This document shows positions 25,211 through 33,627 of a stretch of DNA of 64,000 nucleotides, piece by piece. The stretch covers positions 16,843 to 80,842 of the forward strand of contig JAWSVA010000006.1 of NCBI GenBank assembly GCA_033852155.1, in the 5' to 3' direction. Position 1 is the stretch's first letter. Each line of letters begins with the position of its first letter. This stretch comes from Gammaproteobacteria bacterium. GTDB lineage: Bacteria > Pseudomonadota > Gammaproteobacteria > QZLD01. Position numbers and translations under genes: made by a program. The notes beneath the pieces were generated by a model. The model had not been told where the DNA came from and searched no databases. It saw only the letters and a program-made list of their open reading frames with translations.

Positions 25211-25317
25211 AAATTTCAAAATGTAAAATTATTAGCACCTGATGATGGCTGATGCTACTTAGGTGATTAATGATGCGTGTAATACTTGATTAAGTGCAAA
25301 ATAGGAATTAAAGATAA

Positions 25318-25875
25318 ATGAGCGAAAACAATTACGCTAACCCAGGTCCATTAGGTTTAATGGGTTTTGGAATGACAACAGTTCTGCTAAATATACACAA
25401 TGCCGGATTCTTTCCAATTAGTGCGATGATTCTCGCAATGGGAATCTTTTACGGTGGATTGGCGCAGATAGTTGCTGGAGTGCTTGAGTTTAAAAAAGGC
25501 AATACCTTTGCGATGACAGCGTTTATTTCTTATGGTTTCTTTTGGATAACATTGGTTGCATTGATTCTTATGCCTAAAATGGGTTGGATTGAGGCAACTC
25601 CAAATGGCTTCATGGGGTGGTTTCTGACTCTATGGGGAATGTTTACCCTGTTTATGTTTATTGGAACATTTAAAGCAAATAAAGCATTGCGCTTGGTTTT
25701 CTTTTTGGCGACAGTATTGTTCTTCTTGTTAGCGGCAAAAGATTTTACTGGGTTAGAAATTCTTGGTCGAATTGCAGGCTGGGAGGGTATTTTATGTGGT
25801 CTTTCGGCATTCTACTTGGCAATGGCTGAAGTGATTAATGAGCAGTTTGATGCCGCTCTTCTGCCTGTAGGTTAA
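25318..25875 (+). CDS. satP: Acetate/succinate channel SatP, copy 2
   Basis: Same signatures and same 185-aa length as copy 1; close paralog. Confidence 0.95.
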   Translation: MSENNYANPGPLGLMGFGMTTVLLNIHNAGFFPISAMILAMGIFYGGLAQIVAGVLEFKKGNTFAMTAFISYGFFWITLVALILMPKMGWIEATPNGFMGWFLTLWGMFTLFMFIGTFKANKALRLVFFLATVLFFLLAAKDFTGLEILGRIAGWEGILCGLSAFYLAMAEVINEQFDAALLPVG

Positions 25876-25932
25876 TTGAATAGAAAAAGTTTAAAAGGCG
25901 CTATTTTAGTTTAAATTAATTGGCGCTGAGTT

Positions 25933-26007
25933 AAGAGTACTAGACCCCTGCTGAAGTTCATTGCAATTATGCTAGACCTCCTCGTAATGCTCTTCGGTAG
26001 GCCTACT
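25933..26007 (+). ncRNA. Structured non-coding repeat unit 2
   Basis: CCTGCTGAAG/CTTCGGTAGG stem with compensatory changes relative to unit 1; 19-nt loop AATTATGCTAGACCTCCTC. Confidence 0.75.
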
Positions 26008-26091
26008 CCAAAAAAGTTTGATCTGAATTAATTACTTTGGTCGCTTAGTTCAAGTATCGGTCATAACTAAGTGACCAAGGTAGTTAATATA

Positions 26092-26166
26092 AAGAGTACT
26101 AGACCCCTGTCGAAGTTCATTGCGCCCATGCTAAACCTCCTAGTGATGAGCTTCGATAGGCCTACT
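26092..26166 (+). ncRNA. Structured non-coding repeat unit 3
   Basis: Continuous 18-bp stem when G-U pairs are allowed; 19-nt loop GCCCATGCTAAACCTCCTA. Confidence 0.75.
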
Positions 26167-26259
26167 TTGAATAATTAAGAATGGATATCAAGAATAGAAT
26201 TAATGACCCTAGTCGCAGGCATTTGATGTATCAGGCCTAGCGATTAGAGTGATTAATAT

Positions 26260-26335
26260 AAGAGTACTAGGCCCCCTGCCAATTTACACTGCGCCTATAG
26301 CTAGACCTCCTGTGATGCAAATTGGCAGATCTCTC
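26260..26335 (+). ncRNA. Structured non-coding repeat unit 4 (most diverged)
   Basis: Stem rewritten to CTGCCAATTT/AAATTGGCAG and still perfectly paired; 19-nt loop GCCTATAGCTAGACCTCCT. Confidence 0.72.
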
Positions 26336-26536
26336 TAGGTTTGCACCTAAAGCTTTAGCTAGGTTAGATGCTAATCGCATCACAAAACATCCGGAAAACA
26401 CCTATCCTTTTGTAGGATATATCCCCCTTAAAAATCTTGTTTTAAATTTCACTTGTTAAATCATCTTGTTGCAGGCTGTGTAAATAAGCACCTTTCCTGT
26501 TAGGATTGCGTTTTGGTACATTTATGATGAAATTTT

Positions 26537-27097
26537 ATGCTGTATAGATATGAAGTATTGAATATTGCCGCCGGCGATATATTTGTGGTTTGTAGTGCTG
26601 AAAAGTTGATTTTTACTTGTTTTGTTTATGTTGATGACGCTGGAGGAAAATCAGATACCTACTGTGGAGCTACTGGTCGTATCAAAGAGGGATTGGAGGA
26701 GTTTGGTCGATTTGCCAAACGCAAAATATTGGGTGAAATAAAAATGGAACCTGATTACCTGTTTGTGAGAAATGTGTTTGATAGGGCTTTTGTCCTTAGT
26801 GAAACAGGTGAGCAAATGCAGTGCTTTGAATTGATTGGAACAGAATTTCAAAAAAAGGTTTGGAGGGCGCTATGTGATATTCCCGTTGGAGCGACAACAA
26901 CCTATAAGAAAGTTGCAGTAAGCATTGGAATGATATCGGCAGTAAGAGCGGTTGCTAATGCCATAGGTGCTAATAATATTGCACCATTGATACCTTGTCA
27001 TCGAGTTGTTCGCTCTGGTGGCGGTCTAGGTGGTTATCGTTGGGGGGGAGAGGTAAAGAAAGCATTGTTGGAAAGTGAGGTGAAATTGCAGGAATAA
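26537..27097 (+). CDS. ogt: Methylated-DNA--protein-cysteine methyltransferase
   Basis: GTEFQKKVW, RAVANA, active-site PCHRV, LGGYRWG. Confidence 0.9.
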   Translation: MLYRYEVLNIAAGDIFVVCSAEKLIFTCFVYVDDAGGKSDTYCGATGRIKEGLEEFGRFAKRKILGEIKMEPDYLFVRNVFDRAFVLSETGEQMQCFELIGTEFQKKVWRALCDIPVGATTTYKKVAVSIGMISAVRAVANAIGANNIAPLIPCHRVVRSGGGLGGYRWGGEVKKALLESEVKLQE

Positions 27098-27374
27098 AAC
27101 CTGTTTTTAAAAAACAATGTCCTATTTTTTCAAAAGAATTCATGGTTGAGGAGCATCAAAAAGTAATCAGTTTATTTAAAAAGTATCTCGTTAATAAAAT
27201 GCTTTGCATCATTTAAAGGGGGGGAGTTCTCATTACACACTATTAAAAGCAATGAAATGAGACAATGTTACTATTCATGGAGTAGTAATGCCTGATAATG
27301 TAACTTATCATTTTGGTATTGATGTAAAGAAAATCAAACTTGATGCAATTTTTAATACTTAAAAAGGAGTAAAC

Positions 27375-27686
27375 ATGAAGATTATTTTTATGGTAATTTT
27401 ATTAGCTGGGGTATCATCTAATTTGATGGCAGCAGATTATTATAATGCAAAATTTGCAACAACTAGTGATAGCTATAGTTCAGCTACTCAAGTTGCAACA
27501 AGTAGAGCGGTGTGTCATAGAGCTACTGGTAATCTTTCTAGCTGTACTAACAAAGTGAGTTGTGGAGGGGAAACTGTATGGCCTACTTCTTCGCAAATGA
27601 AGAAATTTAAAAAATGGATAAAAAGAAGTACATCAAATGTAATGTGGATAACAGACGGTTCAAACACTGTGTGTAAAATGCGTTAA
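27375..27686 (+). CDS. Small secreted protein with four Cys
   Basis: SD AGGAG, signal peptide ending LMA, 103 aa. Confidence 0.75.
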   Translation: MKIIFMVILLAGVSSNLMAADYYNAKFATTSDSYSSATQVATSRAVCHRATGNLSSCTNKVSCGGETVWPTSSQMKKFKKWIKRSTSNVMWITDGSNTVCKMR

Positions 27687-28024
27687 AAGCCTCAAATACT
27701 CTAAAGCTTGGTTTTAGAGTATTTTAATACCCTTTCAAAAAAAATAATTGCAGAAACAATAAAAGTACTTATTTTCGATGAAATTGATGGTTTTCATCTC
27801 CAGATGATCCTATGTCTCGGCATTTAATGCAGTCCCTACGGTTAATTTAACAAGATGCCTGGATAAGGCAGATAGATTTTTTCGGATTTCATGTCATTGG
27901 CAAGTTCTTTTGCCAATATTTCAAGATAGGCCTCAAAAATATTCCTGGCAGCCGCATTTTTTACAACGGTAAGAACACGTTCATATTTCCCCATGGCAAA
28001 GTATAAGGCTGCCTGATAAGCGAA

Positions 28025-28290
28025 GGTGAGCAGCTTCAAAGTATTGAGCTGTTTGGGCTCGTTTTCAAAAAAGGTTGGGGTGGAGCTATGTGCTATTCCA
28101 GCTGGAGCGACAACAACTTATAAGAAAATTGCATCAAGCATTGAAATGATATCGGCAGTAAGAGCTGTTGCTAAGCCAAAGATGCTAATAATGTTGCGCT
28201 ACTGATATATTGTCATTGTGTGGTTCGCTCTGATGGTGGTCTAGGTGGTTATCGCTAGGAAGTAGGGGGCAAGAAAACATTGTTGAAATA
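28025..28290 (+). pseudogene. ogt: Degraded duplicate of the 3' half of ogt
   Basis: Aligns by eye to about 26807-27075 (TGGAGCGACAACAAC, ATGATATCGGCAGTAAGAGC, GGTCTAGGTGGTTATCG); has a 1-nt deletion, PCHR changed to YCHC and TGG changed to TAG. Confidence 0.85.
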
Positions 28291-28377
28291 AGAGGGTAGT
28301 TGTATAGATTATTAAAAAAGCCCCTGCAAGGCAGGGGCTGGTTAAAAAGTGAGTGTTATTGTTTTATCATGGTTGGC

Positions 28378-31008
28378 TTAGAACCAGCTCCAGCTGCTCC
28401 ACATTGAAGTCCAATCAAATACTCCTCCTGTTGAGCCTGAGTCAGTATCAGTATCGGTATCGGTATCGGTATCGGTATCAGTATCAGTATCAGTATCAGT
28501 ATCAGTATCAGTATCAGTATCAGTATCAGTATCAGTATCAGTATCAGTATCAGTATCGGTATCTCTAACTACTCTGCGATTGTTCTCAAACATGAACTGA
28601 GTAACGAATGTAGGGTAGTCAACATGGTTGTGGTCGATATAGCTGCCACCTGAACCACCGTCACCTGCAGGCCACGCGTGGCTCATGCCTGAAACCATGA
28701 TTTTAGAAACACGTACACCTTCACTATCGCTATAGGTCGTTTCAGTTCCGCCACCTGCAATGCTCATGGTTCCAGAATCTTTGGCCGCACCGTAAATATT
28801 GGCCATCGCTTCAGCGCTAAGATCAGCGTAACCCGTTGCTACTGTGTAGTCAGATGTGCCGTGTACGATTGAGGTAATTTGAGTATCAAATGAATCCTTG
28901 GTTGATCCAGCAAAAGTGTTGCAAAGGCTTACAGTGGAGCTCTCATTAGTTCCAACAGAACCGATTTGGCCAGAAGATGTGCCAATAGTTGGCCCCGCAT
29001 TGATGCCGATACCCGCAAATACATCTGGAGCAAGACATCCCATTACATGAGTTTGGCCACCACCTGATGAAAGACCTGAGATGTAAACTTGAGCCGCATC
29101 GATATTTAGGCTTGAATCGGATTTAAGTGACTCAGCAAGATCCAGTAGGTTGTCATCATGTCTGCTAGGTCTGGTTCTGCTGTGGTTTGAGTCATAGTAG
29201 TCCCAGCATCCGGCGATTACACCGCCATTAGGAGCGTCGGGAGTAGCTACAACCATTCCATATGCATCAGCAACATCCTGCCAGTTCGCATAGTTTTTCA
29301 TGTCTTCATTTTTTTGAGCACAACCATGCATGTTAATCATCAGTGCACGCTTGCCAGCAAGAACAGGGGCAGATTTTGGTAGGTATATGTGAACTTGCAT
29401 GCCAGCTATAGTTTTTGTAGACCAGCTTCCTGCAGGGATGTCGCCAGAGTTTACATCAACGTCACCAGTAGATCCGCCGCCATTGTTAGTGTTATCGCTA
29501 GAATCGCCGTCTGATCCTGAATCACCAGTGTTGTTTGTGCCGCCAGGGTTAACATCACTCCATGATCCGTTTACTAGTTGGTATAGGGTGAATGGTGTGC
29601 TTCCATATTTTGCGTTGTAGTCCAGGTACTCGTTAAGAGATAGAGTTTTATCCACATAAAAATTAACCGCAGTATCTGTTTTAGATGGCGCAACATATGA
29701 AGGAGCAGTAGTTGAGAAGGTGATCTGATTTGAAGGTTGACTTTCGTTGCCGCAATAATCAACAGCTACTGCATAAATTGTGTAGCTGGACTGTGAAGAA
29801 AGTCCAGAAGCAGTAAGAGTAGTGCTGTTTACAACTCCAGAAATTGAAGAACCATCACTTCTATATAGCTTATAACCTTTTAGATCTGCTTCATTGTTAG
29901 TTGAAACAGTTAAAGTAGCGTAATTATCATATGTTTTAGAAAGTTTTAAATTTGAAGGTGCTGCTGGTGCAGTGTAATCAGCATCACATTCGGCAGAATT
30001 ATTTACAACTTCAGAGCCATCAAATGATTTGTCTTGGAAAAAGTTCCATAATGCTTGACTAGTGCTCGGGCCTTTATCGTATGCCCATTGCTCATAACCT
30101 GAATCATCGCCACCCCAGTAATGCCCTTTGCCATATTGTCCCTCTTTGGGGCCGTATGTAGCGCCATCAAAGAACATGGTCTGTACAATAACGTTACCGT
30201 TGGAGTCTTTGTATGAGGTTAAATCGCAGTTAATACCTTCAGCGTCACAGCTCTCAACACCATCAGCGCTCTTGTTTATGCCAAATGCATCAAGGTGTGA
30301 ATCACGAATTAGCTCACCTGCAGTAATTTGAACAATCTCATCTCTAGTTGAATTAACTACTAGCATAGGTATTGGGCGATCGTCATCTAGCTCGCTTTTT
30401 ACTGCATCAGTATGTTGTGAAAGGCTTTTGAACATGTCAGATAAAACAGAAGAAGACCAGTCTCCATACGCTAATCCGGCAACAGGAGCAGCTGCGGCCC
30501 AGTATTCGTTATAGGCAATAGCGGCTGCAACAGTCATTGCGCCGCCAGAAGATAGGCCAGTAATGTATCTACGGTTAGGGTCAATGCTATATTTTGTTTC
30601 AACTTCTTTACCTAAGCTGTATAGGTCGGTAACTTCTCCAGCGCCTTCGTGTATCTCAGCGTCAAACCAGTAACCCCAGCAATTGTCATTACGCATGCCG
30701 GTATAAGAGGTTATATGAGGGAAAACAATGATCACATTGTTTTGGTCTGCAATTAGATCAAGGTTCCAGTTGTTTAGTGCGTCGGTATTGTCCATGGCGC
30801 AGCCATGAAGAGCCATTATCATAGGAACTTTTTCGCTACCAGTGTACGACTTAGGAACATAAACCTTATAGTTTCTATCGCGTGAACCTGAATAGGATTT
30901 TGCTTTAAATGTGTGGTTGTCTATGTCGCCTGATCCAGTAAGTGAGCCTGCATATGCAGTACCAGCAAGCATTGATAGTGATAAAATCACTCCGCCTAGC
31001 ATTTTCAT
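28378..31008 (-). CDS. Secreted PHB depolymerase-family esterase with two catalytic domains, an Fn3 domain and a (DT)20 tail
   Basis: Signal peptide; two LpqC/PhaZ-type domains (LHGC..GLSSGG and MHGC..GLSSGG..HG..D..HAW); Fn3 (APAAPSNL..YAVAVD..GNES). Confidence 0.88.
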   Translation of the reverse strand: MKMLGGVILSLSMLAGTAYAGSLTGSGDIDNHTFKAKSYSGSRDRNYKVYVPKSYTGSEKVPMIMALHGCAMDNTDALNNWNLDLIADQNNVIIVFPHITSYTGMRNDNCWGYWFDAEIHEGAGEVTDLYSLGKEVETKYSIDPNRRYITGLSSGGAMTVAAAIAYNEYWAAAAPVAGLAYGDWSSSVLSDMFKSLSQHTDAVKSELDDDRPIPMLVVNSTRDEIVQITAGELIRDSHLDAFGINKSADGVESCDAEGINCDLTSYKDSNGNVIVQTMFFDGATYGPKEGQYGKGHYWGGDDSGYEQWAYDKGPSTSQALWNFFQDKSFDGSEVVNNSAECDADYTAPAAPSNLKLSKTYDNYATLTVSTNNEADLKGYKLYRSDGSSISGVVNSTTLTASGLSSQSSYTIYAVAVDYCGNESQPSNQITFSTTAPSYVAPSKTDTAVNFYVDKTLSLNEYLDYNAKYGSTPFTLYQLVNGSWSDVNPGGTNNTGDSGSDGDSSDNTNNGGGSTGDVDVNSGDIPAGSWSTKTIAGMQVHIYLPKSAPVLAGKRALMINMHGCAQKNEDMKNYANWQDVADAYGMVVATPDAPNGGVIAGCWDYYDSNHSRTRPSRHDDNLLDLAESLKSDSSLNIDAAQVYISGLSSGGGQTHVMGCLAPDVFAGIGINAGPTIGTSSGQIGSVGTNESSTVSLCNTFAGSTKDSFDTQITSIVHGTSDYTVATGYADLSAEAMANIYGAAKDSGTMSIAGGGTETTYSDSEGVRVSKIMVSGMSHAWPAGDGGSGGSYIDHNHVDYPTFVTQFMFENNRRVVRDTDTDTDTDTDTDTDTDTDTDTDTDTDTDTDTDTDTDTDTDSGSTGGVFDWTSMWSSWSWF
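28441..28563 (-). repeat. In-frame 6-bp tandem repeat encoding (DT)20-D
   Basis: GATACT/GATACC units, 41 codons. Confidence 0.97.
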
Positions 31009-31160
31009 AGAGATACTCCCGTAAACGTATAGTTATAATTTTTATTATTGTTATTCGCTGCAGTTGTTGTTTGTTGTGTCGACTTGTTCGCTTGTTAAAT
31101 GCCAACTGAAGCATGTTTTTATTTGTGTGTTCTATGATGCATAAAGCTGCTCGTGAATAA

Positions 31161-31176
31161 TGTGAACTGCGTCACA
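31161..31176. promoter_or_regulatory. CRP-family binding site TGTGA-ACTGCG-TCACA
   Basis: Perfect match to TGTGA-N6-TCACA, about 160 bp upstream of the depolymerase start. Confidence 0.7.
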
Positions 31177-31527
31177 AAGTTGGTGTGAATTTGGTTGCAA
31201 GTCATTGTATAATAAAGACTATGTATAAACTTACATATGGTGAAAAAACATGCGCTTGATTGGGCTGAAGCGGCGTGGTGACTGGGTTTTCTCGGGCTAA
31301 GGTGTTGTTGCGCGTGGTTTTTATTGGTTGCATTTCGGTAAGCATGGCTAGTCTTGCTGTAATGGAGCTATAAATTGAGCAAATAATTTTAAAAAAGTTA
31401 TCTTGAAGAGATAGGTCTGAGATATCGAATGCTTCTATCTATAAGAGCATAAAAGGTATTTGCAGAAAACTGAGTGCGGCAAGTAGATTGCTGGTGGAAA
31501 AAATAGATAAAAAGAATAAAACTTTTA

Positions 31528-31563
31528 TTGACGAAATGGAATTCCAAAAGTATTATTGCCGCC
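31528..31563 (+). promoter_or_regulatory. Sigma70 stable-RNA promoter of the tRNA cluster
   Basis: TTGACG-N17-TATTAT, A-rich upstream element and GC-rich discriminator TGCCGCC. Confidence 0.75.
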
Positions 31564-31605
31564 TCGTTGGAAGAGCTCTTGTTTAAAGAGTGAGACTGAC
31601 AGGTT

Positions 31606-31682
31606 CGGGGTGTAGCGCAGCCTGGTAGCGCAACTGCTTTGGGAGCAGTGGGTCGGGGGTTCGAATCCCTCCTCCCCGACCA
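31606..31682 (+). tRNA. tRNA-Pro(TGG)
   Basis: Cloverleaf, anticodon loop TTTGGGA, GGTTCGAATCC, encoded CCA. Confidence 0.97.
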
Positions 31683-31710
31683 AAAGCTGTCTCAGCAGCT
31701 TTCGAGACTT

Positions 31711-31787
31711 GCGCTCGTAGCTCAACTGGATAGAGCAACGGCCTTCTAAGCCGTAGGTTGCAGGTTCGAGTCCTGCCGAGCGCACCA
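31711..31787 (+). tRNA. tRNA-Arg(TCT)
   Basis: Anticodon loop CTTCTAA, T-arm, CCA. Confidence 0.97.
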
Positions 31788-31818
31788 TATCTCGGAAAGA
31801 GATAACTTGCAGAATTAT

Positions 31819-31895
31819 GGTGGGCGTAGCTCAGTTGGTAGAGCTCCGGATTGTGATTCCGGCGGTCGTGGGTTCAATCCCCATCGTCCACCCCA
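31819..31895 (+). tRNA. tRNA-His(GTG)
   Basis: G-1/C73, anticodon loop TTGTGAT, CCA. Confidence 0.97.
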
Positions 31896-32021
31896 GATTT
31901 TGTGTAAAATTTTATATCATGTAAAATTTAACATAAGAAAGGTAGAACACAAGGCAGAAAGCTGTCTGACCTGGATTAAGTTCCAAAAGTGTAAAAGAAA
32001 TAATAGATGAAAGAAAAACGT

Positions 32022-32106
<85 letters not shown>

Positions 32107-32320
32107 TCTTTCAAAGGCTAAATGTAAAAAAATATTTAGCTGAATCTATTAGAGTAGAGAATTCCTAATCCCGGACATAGTTGCTATGGCCCGGGATTAT
32201 TTTATTTGGGATGGCTTTATTGGATTTGCGCAATATAGATAGACTCACTGTGCCACCTTTGGTTTGGCTGCGTAAAAACAAAAGATAATCGACTAAATTT
32301 AATTTTTTGGAGATATATAG

Positions 32321-33604
32321 ATGCAAGTTTCAGTTGAAACAACAAGCGGTTTAGAAAGAAAAATGACTGTGCAGTTGCCTGCGGATAAGGTTAAAACTGC
32401 AGTAAATGAGAAACTGAACTCGATCAAAAATACCGCTAAATTAGACGGTTTTCGCCCTGGTAAGATCCCAATGGCAGTGATCAAAAAGAGATTTGGTGAG
32501 CATGCTCGTGCAGAAGTGATGAGTGAGTTACTTCAGTCGTCTTATGGTCAAGCTATTCAACAAGAAAAACTATACCCAGTAGGTATGCCACAGATTGAAC
32601 CAAAAGAGCTTGAAGAAACAGAAGGTATGGAATACACCGCAACCTTTGAAGTGTTTCCAGAATTTAAGGTTCAAGGCCTAGATAAGATCAAAGTTAAAAG
32701 ACCAAAAGTAGAGATTGCAGAATCAGATATTGATACGGTGATTGAAAACCTTAGAAAACATAAGGCTGATTGGAGCGATGTTGAAAGAGCAGCATCTGAA
32801 GATGACAAGTTAATAATAGACTTCGCTGGTACTATTGATGGTGTAGAATTTGAAGGTGGTTCAGCTGAAGATTTCGAGATGGTTATTGGTGCAAAATCAA
32901 TGCTTGAAGATTTCGAAAAAGGCCTTGCTGGAGCAAAAGCTGGTGATGAAAAAGTAATTGAAGTTAATTTCCCTGAAGATTACCCATCAAAAGAGACTGC
33001 AGGTAAAACAGCAAGCTTCAAAATTAATGTAAAAAAAGTAATGGAATCTGCTCTTCCTGAAGTTAACCAAGAGTTTATTGATGCTATTGGCCTGAAAGAT
33101 AAAACATTGGAAGATTTCCGAGTAGAAGTTAAATCAAATCTTGAGAGAGAGCGTGACCAAGCGATTTTGGCGCGTATTAAGGCCCAAGTTCTGAAAGGAC
33201 TTGAAGAGCAAAATGAGATTGATATACCTAAAGCTCTACTTGATCAAGAGATCACTCAGTTGCAGCAGCAGGCGCAACAAAATGGTCAAGAAGAAGTTGA
33301 CGGTGACAAGATCGAGAAAGAGTCTCGTTCAAGAGTTACTCTGAGCTTAGTAATTAGTGAGCTAGTAAAAGAGAATGAAATTAAACTAGACCAATCAAGA
33401 GTGCAAAAAATGTTGTTTAATGTTGCGTCTTCTTATGGTGACCCAGCGATGATTATGTCCTATTATGAAAAGAACCCTGAAATGATGAAAAATTTCGAGG
33501 CAGCGGTTCTTGAAGAGCAGGTTGTTGAGTGGGTAGCTGAAAAATCTGATGTTGAAGAGAATGAAATGAATTTTGAAGAGCTTGTAAAAGCTCCGATGGC
33601 ATAG
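32321..33604 (+). CDS. tig: Trigger factor
   Basis: GFRPGKIP ribosome-binding motif, FKBP domain, upstream of clpP. Confidence 0.98.
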   Translation: MQVSVETTSGLERKMTVQLPADKVKTAVNEKLNSIKNTAKLDGFRPGKIPMAVIKKRFGEHARAEVMSELLQSSYGQAIQQEKLYPVGMPQIEPKELEETEGMEYTATFEVFPEFKVQGLDKIKVKRPKVEIAESDIDTVIENLRKHKADWSDVERAASEDDKLIIDFAGTIDGVEFEGGSAEDFEMVIGAKSMLEDFEKGLAGAKAGDEKVIEVNFPEDYPSKETAGKTASFKINVKKVMESALPEVNQEFIDAIGLKDKTLEDFRVEVKSNLERERDQAILARIKAQVLKGLEEQNEIDIPKALLDQEITQLQQQAQQNGQEEVDGDKIEKESRSRVTLSLVISELVKENEIKLDQSRVQKMLFNVASSYGDPAMIMSYYEKNPEMMKNFEAAVLEEQVVEWVAEKSDVEENEMNFEELVKAPMA

Positions 33605-33627
33605 TTAAAAGGGATAAGGAATATTCA

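Noticed and set aside
25136-26335. Repeat array read as CRISPR or as a TIGR/bridge-type guide array
   Set aside because: Units are ~75 nt with self-complementary variable parts and ~85-95-nt spacers, and there is no cas, Nop-domain or IS110 recombinase gene in the window.
25136-26335. Minus-strand mini-ORFs starting at GGAGG-N6-ATG, or CsrB-like GGA loops on the minus strand
   Set aside because: The ATG is present only in units 1 and 3, and the many G-U pairs become A-C mismatches on the minus strand, which favours a + strand RNA.
27842-28039. 65-aa minus-strand ORF as a gene
   Set aside because: TTG start without a clear SD, overlapping the ogt remnant; at best a gene fragment.
28353-28568. 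71-aa ORF with YQ/YR repeats
   Set aside because: It is the antisense shadow of the (DT)n repeat in the depolymerase.
31525-32010. 87-aa and 67-aa ORFs
   Set aside because: They overlap the tRNA genes and are spurious.
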